Shown: positions 47,419 to 55,260 of the stretch, one piece after another
Position numbering within the stretch: the first letter of the stretch is position 1
Layout: each line of letters opens with the position of its first letter
Assembly (NCBI GenBank): GCA_050115675.1
Contig: JASFQB010000003.1
Span: 98,673-162,672, forward strand
Source: Candidatus Woesebacteria bacterium
Lineage (GTDB): Bacteria > Patescibacteriota > Saccharimonadia > Saccharimonadales > EFPC-124
DNA: 64,000 bases
Direction of reading: 5' to 3'
The notes under the pieces: model-generated
What the model saw: the letters and a program-made list of their open reading frames with translations, nothing else
Told to the model about the DNA's origin: nothing
The model's database searches: none
Program-made: the position numbers and the translations under genes

Positions 47419-47727
47419 TCAGTCCAGTGGATACGAGCGCACGGATGTCACGCTTCTAGGCAGACTATTCGCGATACGGTCATCCACTAGGAGTCGGTAT
47501 CTTTGCATCCCGTCCGCAGTACTCACAGGCGGCCTGTTGTGCGCCACTGTCAGCAACGGATTGCCTTGTCTGTCCAAACCACAAACGATCCGAAGCGGTA
47601 GAGCGATCTGTTCCTGAGACAGTGCCTCCCGCAGAGCTGCGCTGATCCTGCTTGCTTCACTCGGAGCGAGCGACCTGCTCAGCTTGTAAACGACCACGCT
47701 CTCCTGGCATGGAGTTTGCGACGACAT
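47419..47727 (-). CDS. hypothetical protein (GC-rich islet E)
   Basis: 102-aa ORF, no motif. Confidence 0.4.
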   Translation of the reverse strand: MSSQTPCQESVVVYKLSRSLAPSEASRISAALREALSQEQIALPLRIVCGLDRQGNPLLTVAHNRPPVSTADGMQRYRLLVDDRIANSLPRSVTSVRSYPLD

Positions 47728-47877
47728 GCTCTAATCCTTCCATCGGATGTCTGGGAGTGATTTCAGGCGGAAATTATACATTACTTCGTGCAGTAATGCA
47801 AGTCTAAACAATTGATTTTAATTAATTATCCCAAAAACAAATGTCTTAGAGCTGGATAAAAAGAGTCTACGGGCGTA

Positions 47878-47906
47878 TTGACAAAGTGTTACAATAGATA
47901 TACAAT
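47878..47906 (+). promoter_or_regulatory. promoter of dinJ/relE-like operon (very short leader)
   Basis: TTGACA, 17 nt, TACAAT. The -10 ends 9 nt before the ATG at 47916. Confidence 0.55.
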
Positions 47907-47915
47907 GTATATACT

Positions 47916-48197
47916 ATGAGCACAATACTCAACATTAGAACGGACGCACAAACTAAAAGTGAAATAACAAATTTTGCTTCATCTATTGGCTTATCAGCCA
48001 GTGCTTTTGTGCTAGCCGTGGTAAAACAGGCGGTTAGGGAAAAACAAGTAGTATTAAGGCCTTCTTTGGAGCCTACACCGCAACTAGAGAAGATTATGCG
48101 CGAAGCCGACGCAGATATTAAAGCAGGCAACAATATATCTAAGGCCTACAGCAATGTCGAGGATCTTTTTGCTGATCTTGATAAAAATAACGACTAA
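47916..48197 (+). CDS. RelB/DinJ-family type II antitoxin
   Basis: MSTILNIRTDAQTKSEITNFASSIGLSASAFVLAVVKQAVRE matches the DinJ-type RHH pattern. Confidence 0.75.
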   Translation: MSTILNIRTDAQTKSEITNFASSIGLSASAFVLAVVKQAVREKQVVLRPSLEPTPQLEKIMREADADIKAGNNISKAYSNVEDLFADLDKNND

Positions 48198-48199
48198 TT

Positions 48200-48457
48200 A
48201 TGCAAGTGCGTCTTCATAAAACATTCAGCAAACAGTACGCAAACCTAAAACCAACACAACAAAAACGTCTCAAACAAGCATTTGAGCTATTTATGGTAGA
48301 CCCTTTTCATCCAGACCTATACAATCACCCGCTGTCTGGGGAGTGGACAGGCTATCGCTCGATAGCTTTTGGTGGCGATTGGCGGGCGCATTATAAACAG
48401 ACTGATGATACGGCAATTTTTGTTGCGGTCGGTACGCATAGTCAGCTTTATAAATAG
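48200..48457 (+). CDS. RelE/YafQ-family type II toxin (mRNA interferase)
   Basis: 85 aa. HPLSGEWTGYRS...DWR..Y...GTHSQLY. 2-nt gap after the antitoxin. Confidence 0.8.
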   Translation: MQVRLHKTFSKQYANLKPTQQKRLKQAFELFMVDPFHPDLYNHPLSGEWTGYRSIAFGGDWRAHYKQTDDTAIFVAVGTHSQLYK

Positions 48458-48594
48458 TGTGCGGCCGCTCGCGCCAGACGAGGTTGAGCGAATTGTCAAC
48501 GCGCAAGTCCACCCCGAGCAACGTAAAAAGATTGAAGAAGTATAGAATGTTACACCAACTTGCTATAAAATAACTACCAGTAATTTTCTATTAC

Positions 48595-48904
48595 TACTTT
48601 GGCACAATAACACCACCCTGTCTGGGTGGTGCTATTTCAACAAACTCGTCCGCCCAACGCAAACTTGAGGCTGCTGTATGGTTGTATTATCCTCAAACAA
48701 CTCCCCAACAGGCATCTGCAAGGCGTTTGCAAGTCTGTAAATAGTTGCAGGCCTTGGCCATCTTTTACCAGTCTCTATAAAAGCAATAGAGCCATGACTA
48801 ATACCCAATAGGTCAGCTAGTTCTTGCTGAGTTAGCTTACGGCTTTTACGAACACGCGCAAGTCTTTTGCCGAATTGTTTTAGGTAGATGTCTTCGGTGT
48901 TGGT
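48595..48904. repeat. 310-bp direct repeat, copy 1 (XRE gene body plus its terminator hairpin)
   Basis: Base-for-base identical by eye to 52102-52411 (offset 3,507 bp). Confidence 0.9.
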
Positions 48905-48955
48905 TACAAAATTATAATCCTTGTTTATTGTAGGGTATTGTTTGGTGTGGTGCAA
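48632..48955 (-). CDS. XRE-family HTH regulator, repeat copy 1 (with 16-aa N-terminal extension)
   Basis: The last 90 aa are identical to 52139-52414. LTQQELADLLGISHGSIAFIETGKRWPR. Confidence 0.8.
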   Translation of the reverse strand: MHHTKQYPTINKDYNFVTNTEDIYLKQFGKRLARVRKSRKLTQQELADLLGISHGSIAFIETGKRWPRPATIYRLANALQMPVGELFEDNTTIQQPQVCVGRTSLLK

Positions 48956-48981
48956 CTTAGCACAAAACTATCATTTTTAGA

Positions 48982-49029
48982 CTAAGTTTGACAAGCATAG
49001 CTAGCTTTGTGTTTTACTGTGGCTATGAG
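48982..49029. repeat. 48-bp junction repeat, copy 1
   Basis: CTAAGTTTGACAAGCATAGCTAGCTTTGTGTTTTACTGTGGCTATGAG is identical at 53228-53275. It ends with the ATG-AG of the downstream cargo gene. Confidence 0.9.
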
Positions 49030-49969
49030 AGAGATTATCGCAAACATTCTAGCGGTGGCTTTTTTAGCTGGTATTGTTCTATTTGTCCTAACCCTCAAAA
49101 ACCCCAATCGTCGTTTTAACCAAGCTTTGTTTAAGACTGGTGACAAAAAGAAGTTAGTTGGCCGTTATATCGTTGTGCTGTTGGTGCTGTTTTTTGGCAT
49201 AGGTATTGCAACACCAAGCAAAACAGCACAGCCAGAGGCAGTTACTAGTAGCCAACAGCAAGAACAGCCAACCGAAGACAAAACTCAACTCTCTGACCTG
49301 TATGACGTTATAGAAGTGGTAGACGGCGACACAATCAAAGTAAATATAGATGGCAAAACAGAGACGTTGCGCTTAATAGGCATAGATACACCTGAAACAG
49401 TAGACCCCGGCAAACCAGTGCAATGTTATGGCAAAGAAGCTAGTGATAACGCAAAATCACTGCTTACAGGTAAAAAAGTGCGCCTAGAGAGCGATGATAC
49501 TCAAGAAGACCGCGACAAATACGACCGATTACTGCGTTACGTTTACTTTGAAGACGGCACAATGTACAACAAACAGGTAGTTGCTGACGGCTATGCTCAC
49601 GAATACACTTACAGTACCGCATACAAATACCAATCTGATTTTAAGCAAGCACAAAGCGACGCAGACGCGGCCAACAAGGGTTTTTGGTCGCCAAACACAT
49701 GCAATGGAGATACTGAGCAAGCCGTAAAACAAGAAGATAGCGCGGCCAACGTCGAAGCCGTAACGGAAACCCAAACAACGGCACCAGCAAACACAACCAC
49801 TTCCGAAGCACCGCAAAACACCACAACACCAGTGACGAGCGAGAGTACATCTGTTTATTATGCTGACTGCACAGCAGCTAGAGAGGCTGGTGTTGTGCCA
49901 ATATACTCTGGGCAACCTGGGTACAGTAGTAAATTGGATAGGGATGGGGATGGGATTGCTTGTGAATGA
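49025..49969 (+). CDS. membrane-anchored thermonuclease (SNase-like) with C-terminal excalibur Ca-binding domain
   Basis: VVDGDTIKV...LRLIGIDTPE (SNase motif). C-terminal YYADCTAAREAG...DRDGDGIACE (excalibur). Confidence 0.85.
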   Translation: MREIIANILAVAFLAGIVLFVLTLKNPNRRFNQALFKTGDKKKLVGRYIVVLLVLFFGIGIATPSKTAQPEAVTSSQQQEQPTEDKTQLSDLYDVIEVVDGDTIKVNIDGKTETLRLIGIDTPETVDPGKPVQCYGKEASDNAKSLLTGKKVRLESDDTQEDRDKYDRLLRYVYFEDGTMYNKQVVADGYAHEYTYSTAYKYQSDFKQAQSDADAANKGFWSPNTCNGDTEQAVKQEDSAANVEAVTETQTTAPANTTTSEAPQNTTTPVTSESTSVYYADCTAAREAGVVPIYSGQPGYSSKLDRDGDGIACE

Positions 49970-50125
49970 GAGTAATTCAACAAACAAAGAGAGCCGCAAA
50001 TTGTTGATGTGTCTATCCATGTTGGCGAGATAAATGTCGAACAATTAAAAGAAGATGCTTAAGATACTTGATTATACTTTCACTATTTGATATACTTTCA
50101 GTGTACATTGAAAGAAGTAGTTACA

Positions 50126-51184
50126 ATGAAAGAACAAGAACTTATTACCCAATTAGAACAATGGCTACCAGAAGCTCTTCCTGGCTTTAAGATAAGTTCG
50201 TTGCGCACTATAGCAAAAACAGCGTCAGAAAGCCGTGTGGACATTCTTGCGTCGCTTGAAATTCCTGCTACAAATAAGCAATTACAACTAGCTATCGCGG
50301 CTAATAATACGAGCAGGTTATTTTCATTGTTGGGCGAAGCATATTCAGCAAAAACGTTCGCACAGGTGACAGGTGCGGTGCCTGTTGTTGCAGCAATATT
50401 TTTAGGAAAACGTGTAAGGGAAGCGCTAAAAAAGGAAGGTGTTGGCTATCTTGACCTTGCGGGCAACTTCTACCTAAATATTCCTGGCGTGTATGCCGAA
50501 AGAATTATCGACAAGAACCCATTCAGCAGCACGCCACCCCTTAAAAACATCTTCTCGCCCATCTCTAGCCGTATTACAAGGGCGTTGCTCGAAGATCCAA
50601 AAAAAGAGTGGAGCATAAGCGATTTGTCGACAACTACTGGCGTAAGTTTGGGGCAGACCTATAACGTACTCAAAGCAATGTCAGATGAGGCATTTGTCCG
50701 TAAAGTTGATGATAGGTGGCAACTCAGCAACCCCACGGCGCTATTAGACGCGTGGAAAGAGTTTTACCCGAAGTATCAAAGTCGTAAGTACACATTCTTT
50801 AGCTACGCACCTAATGCCGTACCGAGCATGGTGCGCGATGCGGCGGAGCGTACGAAACTACCGTATGCACTCGGCTTCTTTAGTGGCGCTGATATGGTCG
50901 CGCCGTTCATTCGCGGCATGAATAAGGTGCAATTCTACACCGACCAAGAGTCAGTCGAAAAATGGCGCGATGCCCTCCAGTTGAAAGAAGTACAAAGCGG
51001 GGGTAATGTTGAAATATATGTGCCTTATGATGAGGGCGTGTTTTACGGCAAGCAACTATTGCCGCCGGGTGCGGAGGATACACCAGTTGTAAGTAATATT
51101 CAGTTGTACATGGATTTATTCAACAACCCAGCGCGCGGCGAAGAAGCGGCCGAATATCTGAGAAAGGAAAGAATAGGTTTCTAA
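50126..51184 (+). CDS. AbiEi-like putative antitoxin/transcriptional regulator (wHTH)
   Basis: 353 aa. Internal wHTH-like WSISDLSTTTGVSLGQTYNVLKAMSDEAFVRK. 1-nt gap to the nucleotidyltransferase gene. Confidence 0.45.
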   Translation: MKEQELITQLEQWLPEALPGFKISSLRTIAKTASESRVDILASLEIPATNKQLQLAIAANNTSRLFSLLGEAYSAKTFAQVTGAVPVVAAIFLGKRVREALKKEGVGYLDLAGNFYLNIPGVYAERIIDKNPFSSTPPLKNIFSPISSRITRALLEDPKKEWSISDLSTTTGVSLGQTYNVLKAMSDEAFVRKVDDRWQLSNPTALLDAWKEFYPKYQSRKYTFFSYAPNAVPSMVRDAAERTKLPYALGFFSGADMVAPFIRGMNKVQFYTDQESVEKWRDALQLKEVQSGGNVEIYVPYDEGVFYGKQLLPPGAEDTPVVSNIQLYMDLFNNPARGEEAAEYLRKERIGF

Positions 51185-51185
51185 T

Positions 51186-52052
51186 ATGACCCAAGACCCA
51201 CAAAACGTACGCACACAAGTATCTTTTAGTGACGACATTGCGCAAATATCGCTGTCGCACGTGCTTGAGATTATGAAAGCGTTGCAATCATACAAAGAGG
51301 GACTTTCTATTGTTGGTGGTTGGGCGCCGTACTTCTTACTACGACAATACCAACACGACGACAACGACTTTGAGCACGTCGGCTCGATAGACATTGATAT
51401 TGCTGTAAACCCCGAAGTTATCAACGAAACACAGTATGCTCAGCTCGAAGAGCTTTTGCGCGGACGCGGCTACGAGCCACACCCTAAAATTGAGTATTCG
51501 TATTACAAGAATGTGAAGACAAGTGACGGCCGCGAAGTGGAAATAAGGATAGACTTTTTGGCACCTGAATATGGCGGCACAGGCCGGGCGCACCGCAATC
51601 AGCGCGTGCAAAATGACTTCTTGGCACGCAAGGCAAAGGGTGCGGATTTGGCTTTTGAACACCGTTTCGAGTTTACGCTAAACGATCGGCTGCCAAACGG
51701 GGCAGATGCCAGCGTAAGCTTTTACGTTGCCGACATCGTGGCCATGATTGCGATGAAGAGCTATGTACTTGGCCACCGCTACAAGGAGAAAGACGCCTAC
51801 GACATCTTTAGCCTAGTACTGCACTACAAAGACGGCGTAGAATCCGTTGCGGCAGAAGTGAAGCCATTTATTGCTGACATACCATTGCCGGAGGGCATCG
51901 ACAACCTTAAAGAGCAGTTTGCGACGCAGAGCTCACAAGGCCCCGCATCTGTGGCCGATTTCCACCGTGATGAGGGTGAAAGCCGCGAGCAGCGCACACA
52001 ACAAGCATATTTGCAGATTCAACGTCTACTTGAATTATTAGAGAACGGCTAG
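51186..52052 (+). CDS. AbiEii/AbiGii-like nucleotidyltransferase (type IV TA toxin-like)
   Basis: Pol-beta NTase signature IVGGWAPYFLL...GSIDIDIAV, further acidic DFLAP. Confidence 0.55.
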   Translation: MTQDPQNVRTQVSFSDDIAQISLSHVLEIMKALQSYKEGLSIVGGWAPYFLLRQYQHDDNDFEHVGSIDIDIAVNPEVINETQYAQLEELLRGRGYEPHPKIEYSYYKNVKTSDGREVEIRIDFLAPEYGGTGRAHRNQRVQNDFLARKAKGADLAFEHRFEFTLNDRLPNGADASVSFYVADIVAMIAMKSYVLGHRYKEKDAYDIFSLVLHYKDGVESVAAEVKPFIADIPLPEGIDNLKEQFATQSSQGPASVADFHRDEGESREQRTQQAYLQIQRLLELLENG

Positions 52053-52101
52053 GCTTGCCCAAACACCCAACACAAAGTACAATAAACCTGTAATTTTTCG
52101 T

Positions 52102-52411
52102 TACTTTGGCACAATAACACCACCCTGTCTGGGTGGTGCTATTTCAACAAACTCGTCCGCCCAACGCAAACTTGAGGCTGCTGTATGGTTGTATTATCCT
52201 CAAACAACTCCCCAACAGGCATCTGCAAGGCGTTTGCAAGTCTGTAAATAGTTGCAGGCCTTGGCCATCTTTTACCAGTCTCTATAAAAGCAATAGAGCC
52301 ATGACTAATACCCAATAGGTCAGCTAGTTCTTGCTGAGTTAGCTTACGGCTTTTACGAACACGCGCAAGTCTTTTGCCGAATTGTTTTAGGTAGATGTCT
52401 TCGGTGTTGGT
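52102..52411. repeat. 310-bp direct repeat, copy 2
   Basis: Identical to 48595-48904. Confidence 0.9.
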
Positions 52412-52414
52412 CAT
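52139..52414 (-). CDS. XRE-family HTH regulator, repeat copy 2
   Basis: 91 aa. ETGKRWPR subfamily. Downstream gene of a two-XRE operon. Confidence 0.85.
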   Translation of the reverse strand: MTNTEDIYLKQFGKRLARVRKSRKLTQQELADLLGISHGSIAFIETGKRWPRPATIYRLANALQMPVGELFEDNTTIQQPQVCVGRTSLLK

Positions 52415-52418
52415 ATGG

Positions 52419-52679
52419 TTATAAATCCTCTGTGATGTCCTTAATTTTAATACCTAGCGCATTAGCTATGCGCCAGATGGTGTGCATGCTAGGGGAGCGT
52501 GTGCTGTTCTCTATGTGGCCTATAAAAGTACGGTAATAACCTGCTTTTTCGGACAGTTGTTCTTGGCTAATATTACGCTCAATCCTGATTTTGTGTAGCC
52601 TTTGGCCAATTAGTTTGGCAAATTCTTTCTTTTCTGCATCTTTTGAATGCCTGTCATCTAGGTTGTAATCTGGTTTCAT
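52419..52679 (-). CDS. XRE-family HTH regulator (second subfamily)
   Basis: IGQRLHKIRIERNISQEQLSEKAGYYRTFIGHIENSTRSPS. Confidence 0.85.
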   Translation of the reverse strand: MKPDYNLDDRHSKDAEKKEFAKLIGQRLHKIRIERNISQEQLSEKAGYYRTFIGHIENSTRSPSMHTIWRIANALGIKIKDITEDL

Positions 52680-52782
52680 TGTATTTATTGCAGAGCAGAC
52701 ACCACTGCTAGTCCACTCACGTATAGTGGTGCTAACTCAATTATTCTGCTATATTTACCTTAAAAAAGGAGAGCAGGGAACA

Positions 52783-53250
52783 ATGGTAACAGTCAAGTGT
52801 ATACCTAAAACAGCAATTGCAAAAGACTTAGCAACCCAGTTGGTTAAAGATGCAGGTCAAAGCAAAATAATTGTTATTGCCTCTTGTCCTCATGTACTAA
52901 TGTCTTGTACAAAAAAGCACTGGCACAAACAAATGGCAATGTTAAGGCGTAAAATATCCTCAACTCTTGATCTAAACAAAAAAGAGCAAATACAAAACAC
53001 AATAACCGCACTACAACAACAAACATTTATATCTAACAAAAGCGGTCAACTGGTACAAGGCTATGACGTATGCTTTATAGCTCCACAAGCAGCAACAAAA
53101 GAACTGACAGAATACGCCAAGCTGTATGTTACGGTTCAGACAGTACCTAGTGAATTATACAGGTTGGTGAGCTGGGCTGAAGGAGGGCTGGAGGTTGTGG
53201 TGTATGAGTCGAGGAGGGTATTTTTGGCTAAGTTTGACAAGCATAGCTAG
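52783..53250 (+). CDS. member 2 of recurrent ~150-aa XRE-associated protein family
   Basis: ATG 52783 with AGGAGAG RBS. SKIIVIASCPHVLMSCTKK...YDVCFIAPQ...LYVTVQTVPSELY...VVVYE. Confidence 0.55.
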   Translation: MVTVKCIPKTAIAKDLATQLVKDAGQSKIIVIASCPHVLMSCTKKHWHKQMAMLRRKISSTLDLNKKEQIQNTITALQQQTFISNKSGQLVQGYDVCFIAPQAATKELTEYAKLYVTVQTVPSELYRLVSWAEGGLEVVVYESRRVFLAKFDKHS

Positions 53251-53275
53251 CTTTGTGTTTTACTGTGGCTATGAG
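53228..53275. repeat. 48-bp junction repeat, copy 2
   Basis: Identical to 48982-49029. Here it overlaps the last 7 codons and stop of 52783-53250 and the start of 53271-53960. Confidence 0.9.
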
Positions 53276-53960
53276 TACTGAGACGGAAGTATCATCTTAC
53301 AAGGAACGTATGCAGCTCCTTATCTCGTTAGACGAATTGTGCCAAGACATAGGCAAAAACTTGATCCATAACGAACCGGAATCACCCACGGGTGACTACT
53401 GCAAACAACTGATCTGGACTATTGGCCCAGCAACAAGAATGCTTGTATGGGGCTTAGAGAACGCCCAGAAAATGGCAGCCATGAATGGCTTGAGGACGCT
53501 GCTAGAAAATTGGGCAAATGCCAACTATGTTTTTCGCGCAGGGAAAAGAGGTAAGGAATATTACATTGAGGGAATGGGCGCTACAGCACACCAGTACAGA
53601 GATGCCTTTCACGAGCTGCGCGATGACTCGTCTCAAGGAATAAAAAAGCTGACGAGAATACCAAAATGGACTGGCTGCGGCCTGACAGATAGGATTAAAA
53701 AACTTGGAGATGGGCCTGAGTTCCAATACGAGTATCTGAGCCGCTATGTTCACGCCGACGTATGGGCGACGTTGAACGAGTTCGACATCAAAGACCAAGC
53801 ATACATGAGAGGTGAGCTACTCGGTTGGGGTATTGAGTTTATAAACCATACTTTATGGCTTATGAGTGAAGAGAATCTAATTGGCGATGATTTGCAATCT
53901 AAGATAGGAAGCATGAATGATCGGGTATCAGAGATAATTGCGAACGAGGGCAAAGAATAG
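53271..53960 (+). CDS. hypothetical all-helical protein (cargo of XRE module ii)
   Basis: 229 aa from ATG 53271. No catalytic motif recognised (YLSRYVHADVWA block). Confidence 0.5.
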   Translation: MSTETEVSSYKERMQLLISLDELCQDIGKNLIHNEPESPTGDYCKQLIWTIGPATRMLVWGLENAQKMAAMNGLRTLLENWANANYVFRAGKRGKEYYIEGMGATAHQYRDAFHELRDDSSQGIKKLTRIPKWTGCGLTDRIKKLGDGPEFQYEYLSRYVHADVWATLNEFDIKDQAYMRGELLGWGIEFINHTLWLMSEENLIGDDLQSKIGSMNDRVSEIIANEGKE

Positions 53961-54003
53961 AGCTTTCAATCTTTGTCTCAAAAACCACGGTTTTTGGCGC
54001 AAT

Positions 54004-54225
54004 ATGGTTGCGATTCGTTGGTGGGGGCTTGGCGCTAGTATCTTGTCGTTGTCTACAGCTGTGGCAGCAGTTGCAATGATGGCAAGCAAAATCTTGCCAG
54101 TAATAGCAGTTGGGGTGGCGTTGCTGGTGTGTGCGTATTGGTCTTTTGTCGTCCATAACGAGCGTGTGCTCACTGCGGCAGAACGATACAAGGAACAATT
54201 CTTTAAATCAATGACTCTTTTTTAG
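54004..54225 (+). CDS. small 2-TM membrane protein
   Basis: 73 aa from ATG 54004 (MVAIRWWGLGASILSLSTAVAAVAMM...). Preceded by hairpin CAAAAACC-AC-GGTTTTTG. Confidence 0.35.
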   Translation: MVAIRWWGLGASILSLSTAVAAVAMMASKILPVIAVGVALLVCAYWSFVVHNERVLTAAERYKEQFFKSMTLF

Positions 54226-54232
54226 TAGGTCG

Positions 54233-54261
54233 TTGACAATTACATATAAATTACATACAAT
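54233..54261 (+). promoter_or_regulatory. promoter of RHH/PIN operon
   Basis: TTGACA, 17 nt, TACAAT. Confidence 0.55.
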
Positions 54262-54289
54262 ATTTATATAAGATCAATATAGGATTTAT

Positions 54290-54556
54290 ATGTCTACACA
54301 AGTAATAAACCTTTCATTACCAAAAGAATTAGTAGAAAAAATTGACCAAGCTGCAAAAGGCGAATACGCAAGTCGTAGTGAATACATACGACAAGCTGTT
54401 GTAAGCCGCCTGAAAGGGCAGGAGGGCGATTTATGGGCAGCTCTTCTTTCTGGCGCTGATGAAGTAAGAGAGAGCGCACGACAAGCTGGCTATACGTCAG
54501 ACGAAGACTATGCGCGTGCGGCAAAAGAAGTCCGTAGCGAAGACCGAAAGCAATAA
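54290..54556 (+). CDS. ribbon-helix-helix (CopG/MetJ-type) antitoxin
   Basis: INLSLPKELVEKIDQAAKGEYASRSEYIRQAVVSRL. Confidence 0.7.
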   Translation: MSTQVINLSLPKELVEKIDQAAKGEYASRSEYIRQAVVSRLKGQEGDLWAALLSGADEVRESARQAGYTSDEDYARAAKEVRSEDRKQ

Positions 54557-54559
54557 GCT

Positions 54560-54959
54560 ATGCGGGTTGTTTATGATACCAGCGTACTTGCAACCATATT
54601 GTCGCGCAGAGATTTAATACTAAATCTTCAAAAAGATTTATCACGTGGCGCAGTGGTTTTGATCTCCTCCCAGTTTATCTTAAACGAGCTTGAAAGAGTG
54701 CTTTCAGGCAAGTTTGGCTTAACAAAACAGGGAGCAAAAACCAGAGTTCGATTGTTAGGGCGTGTTGCAGAGATTGTGAAGCCAAAAGACGTACAAAGAA
54801 TCGTGCGTGACGCAAATTGACCCTATAATTGCTGCCGCCGTTGTGAGTGGCGCAAAGTATATTGTTACGCTAGATAATGACCTCTTGGTGATAGGGGAGC
54901 ATAATGGTATTGCAATTGTTGAGCCAGAGAAGTTTAAAGAAGAGTTGGCGAAACAATAG
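54560..54959 (+). pseudogene. PIN-domain toxin disrupted by a frameshift at ~54818
   Basis: Frame 1 MRVVYDTSVLATIL...RIVRDAN stops at 54818-54820. The reading frame shifted by +1 from 54819 continues DPIIAAAVVSGAKYIVTLDNDLLVIGEHNGIAIVEPEKF to TAG 54957-54959. Together these give a canonical PIN layout. Confidence 0.65.
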
Positions 54960-54973
54960 GGTATTTAATACAC

Positions 54974-55252
54974 ATGAAAGATTTTTTATTCAGCATTAAA
55001 AACAAATACGTTCGTTGTTTGGTGGCTTGTGCGATTTTGGCTGTAGTGGTTTTATTGGCGGTGTTCGAGGCATATATACCGCTGCAAAAGCTCGGGTTTT
55101 CTTATTTTGAAACAACGTTTTTTCTCTTTATGTTTATACTTGCGATCGACCGTGTGCGCTTGTTTATAAAAGATGCTGAGCGCGAGCAAAGTTACAAAAA
55201 CCTAATAGTAAAAAAGCGTTCCGCACTAGCAATGAAAACAACGGCAGAATAG
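54974..55252 (+). CDS. hypothetical 2-TM membrane protein
   Basis: 92-aa ORF. Confidence 0.4.
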   Translation: MKDFLFSIKNKYVRCLVACAILAVVVLLAVFEAYIPLQKLGFSYFETTFFLFMFILAIDRVRLFIKDAEREQSYKNLIVKKRSALAMKTTAE

Positions 55253-55260
55253 CAGTAAGA

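Noticed and set aside
48626-48811. Identical 61-aa plus-strand ORFs at 48626-48811 and 52133-52318
   Set aside because: Their identity is a by-product of the 310-bp repeat. They lie antisense to the XRE genes and have no start context.
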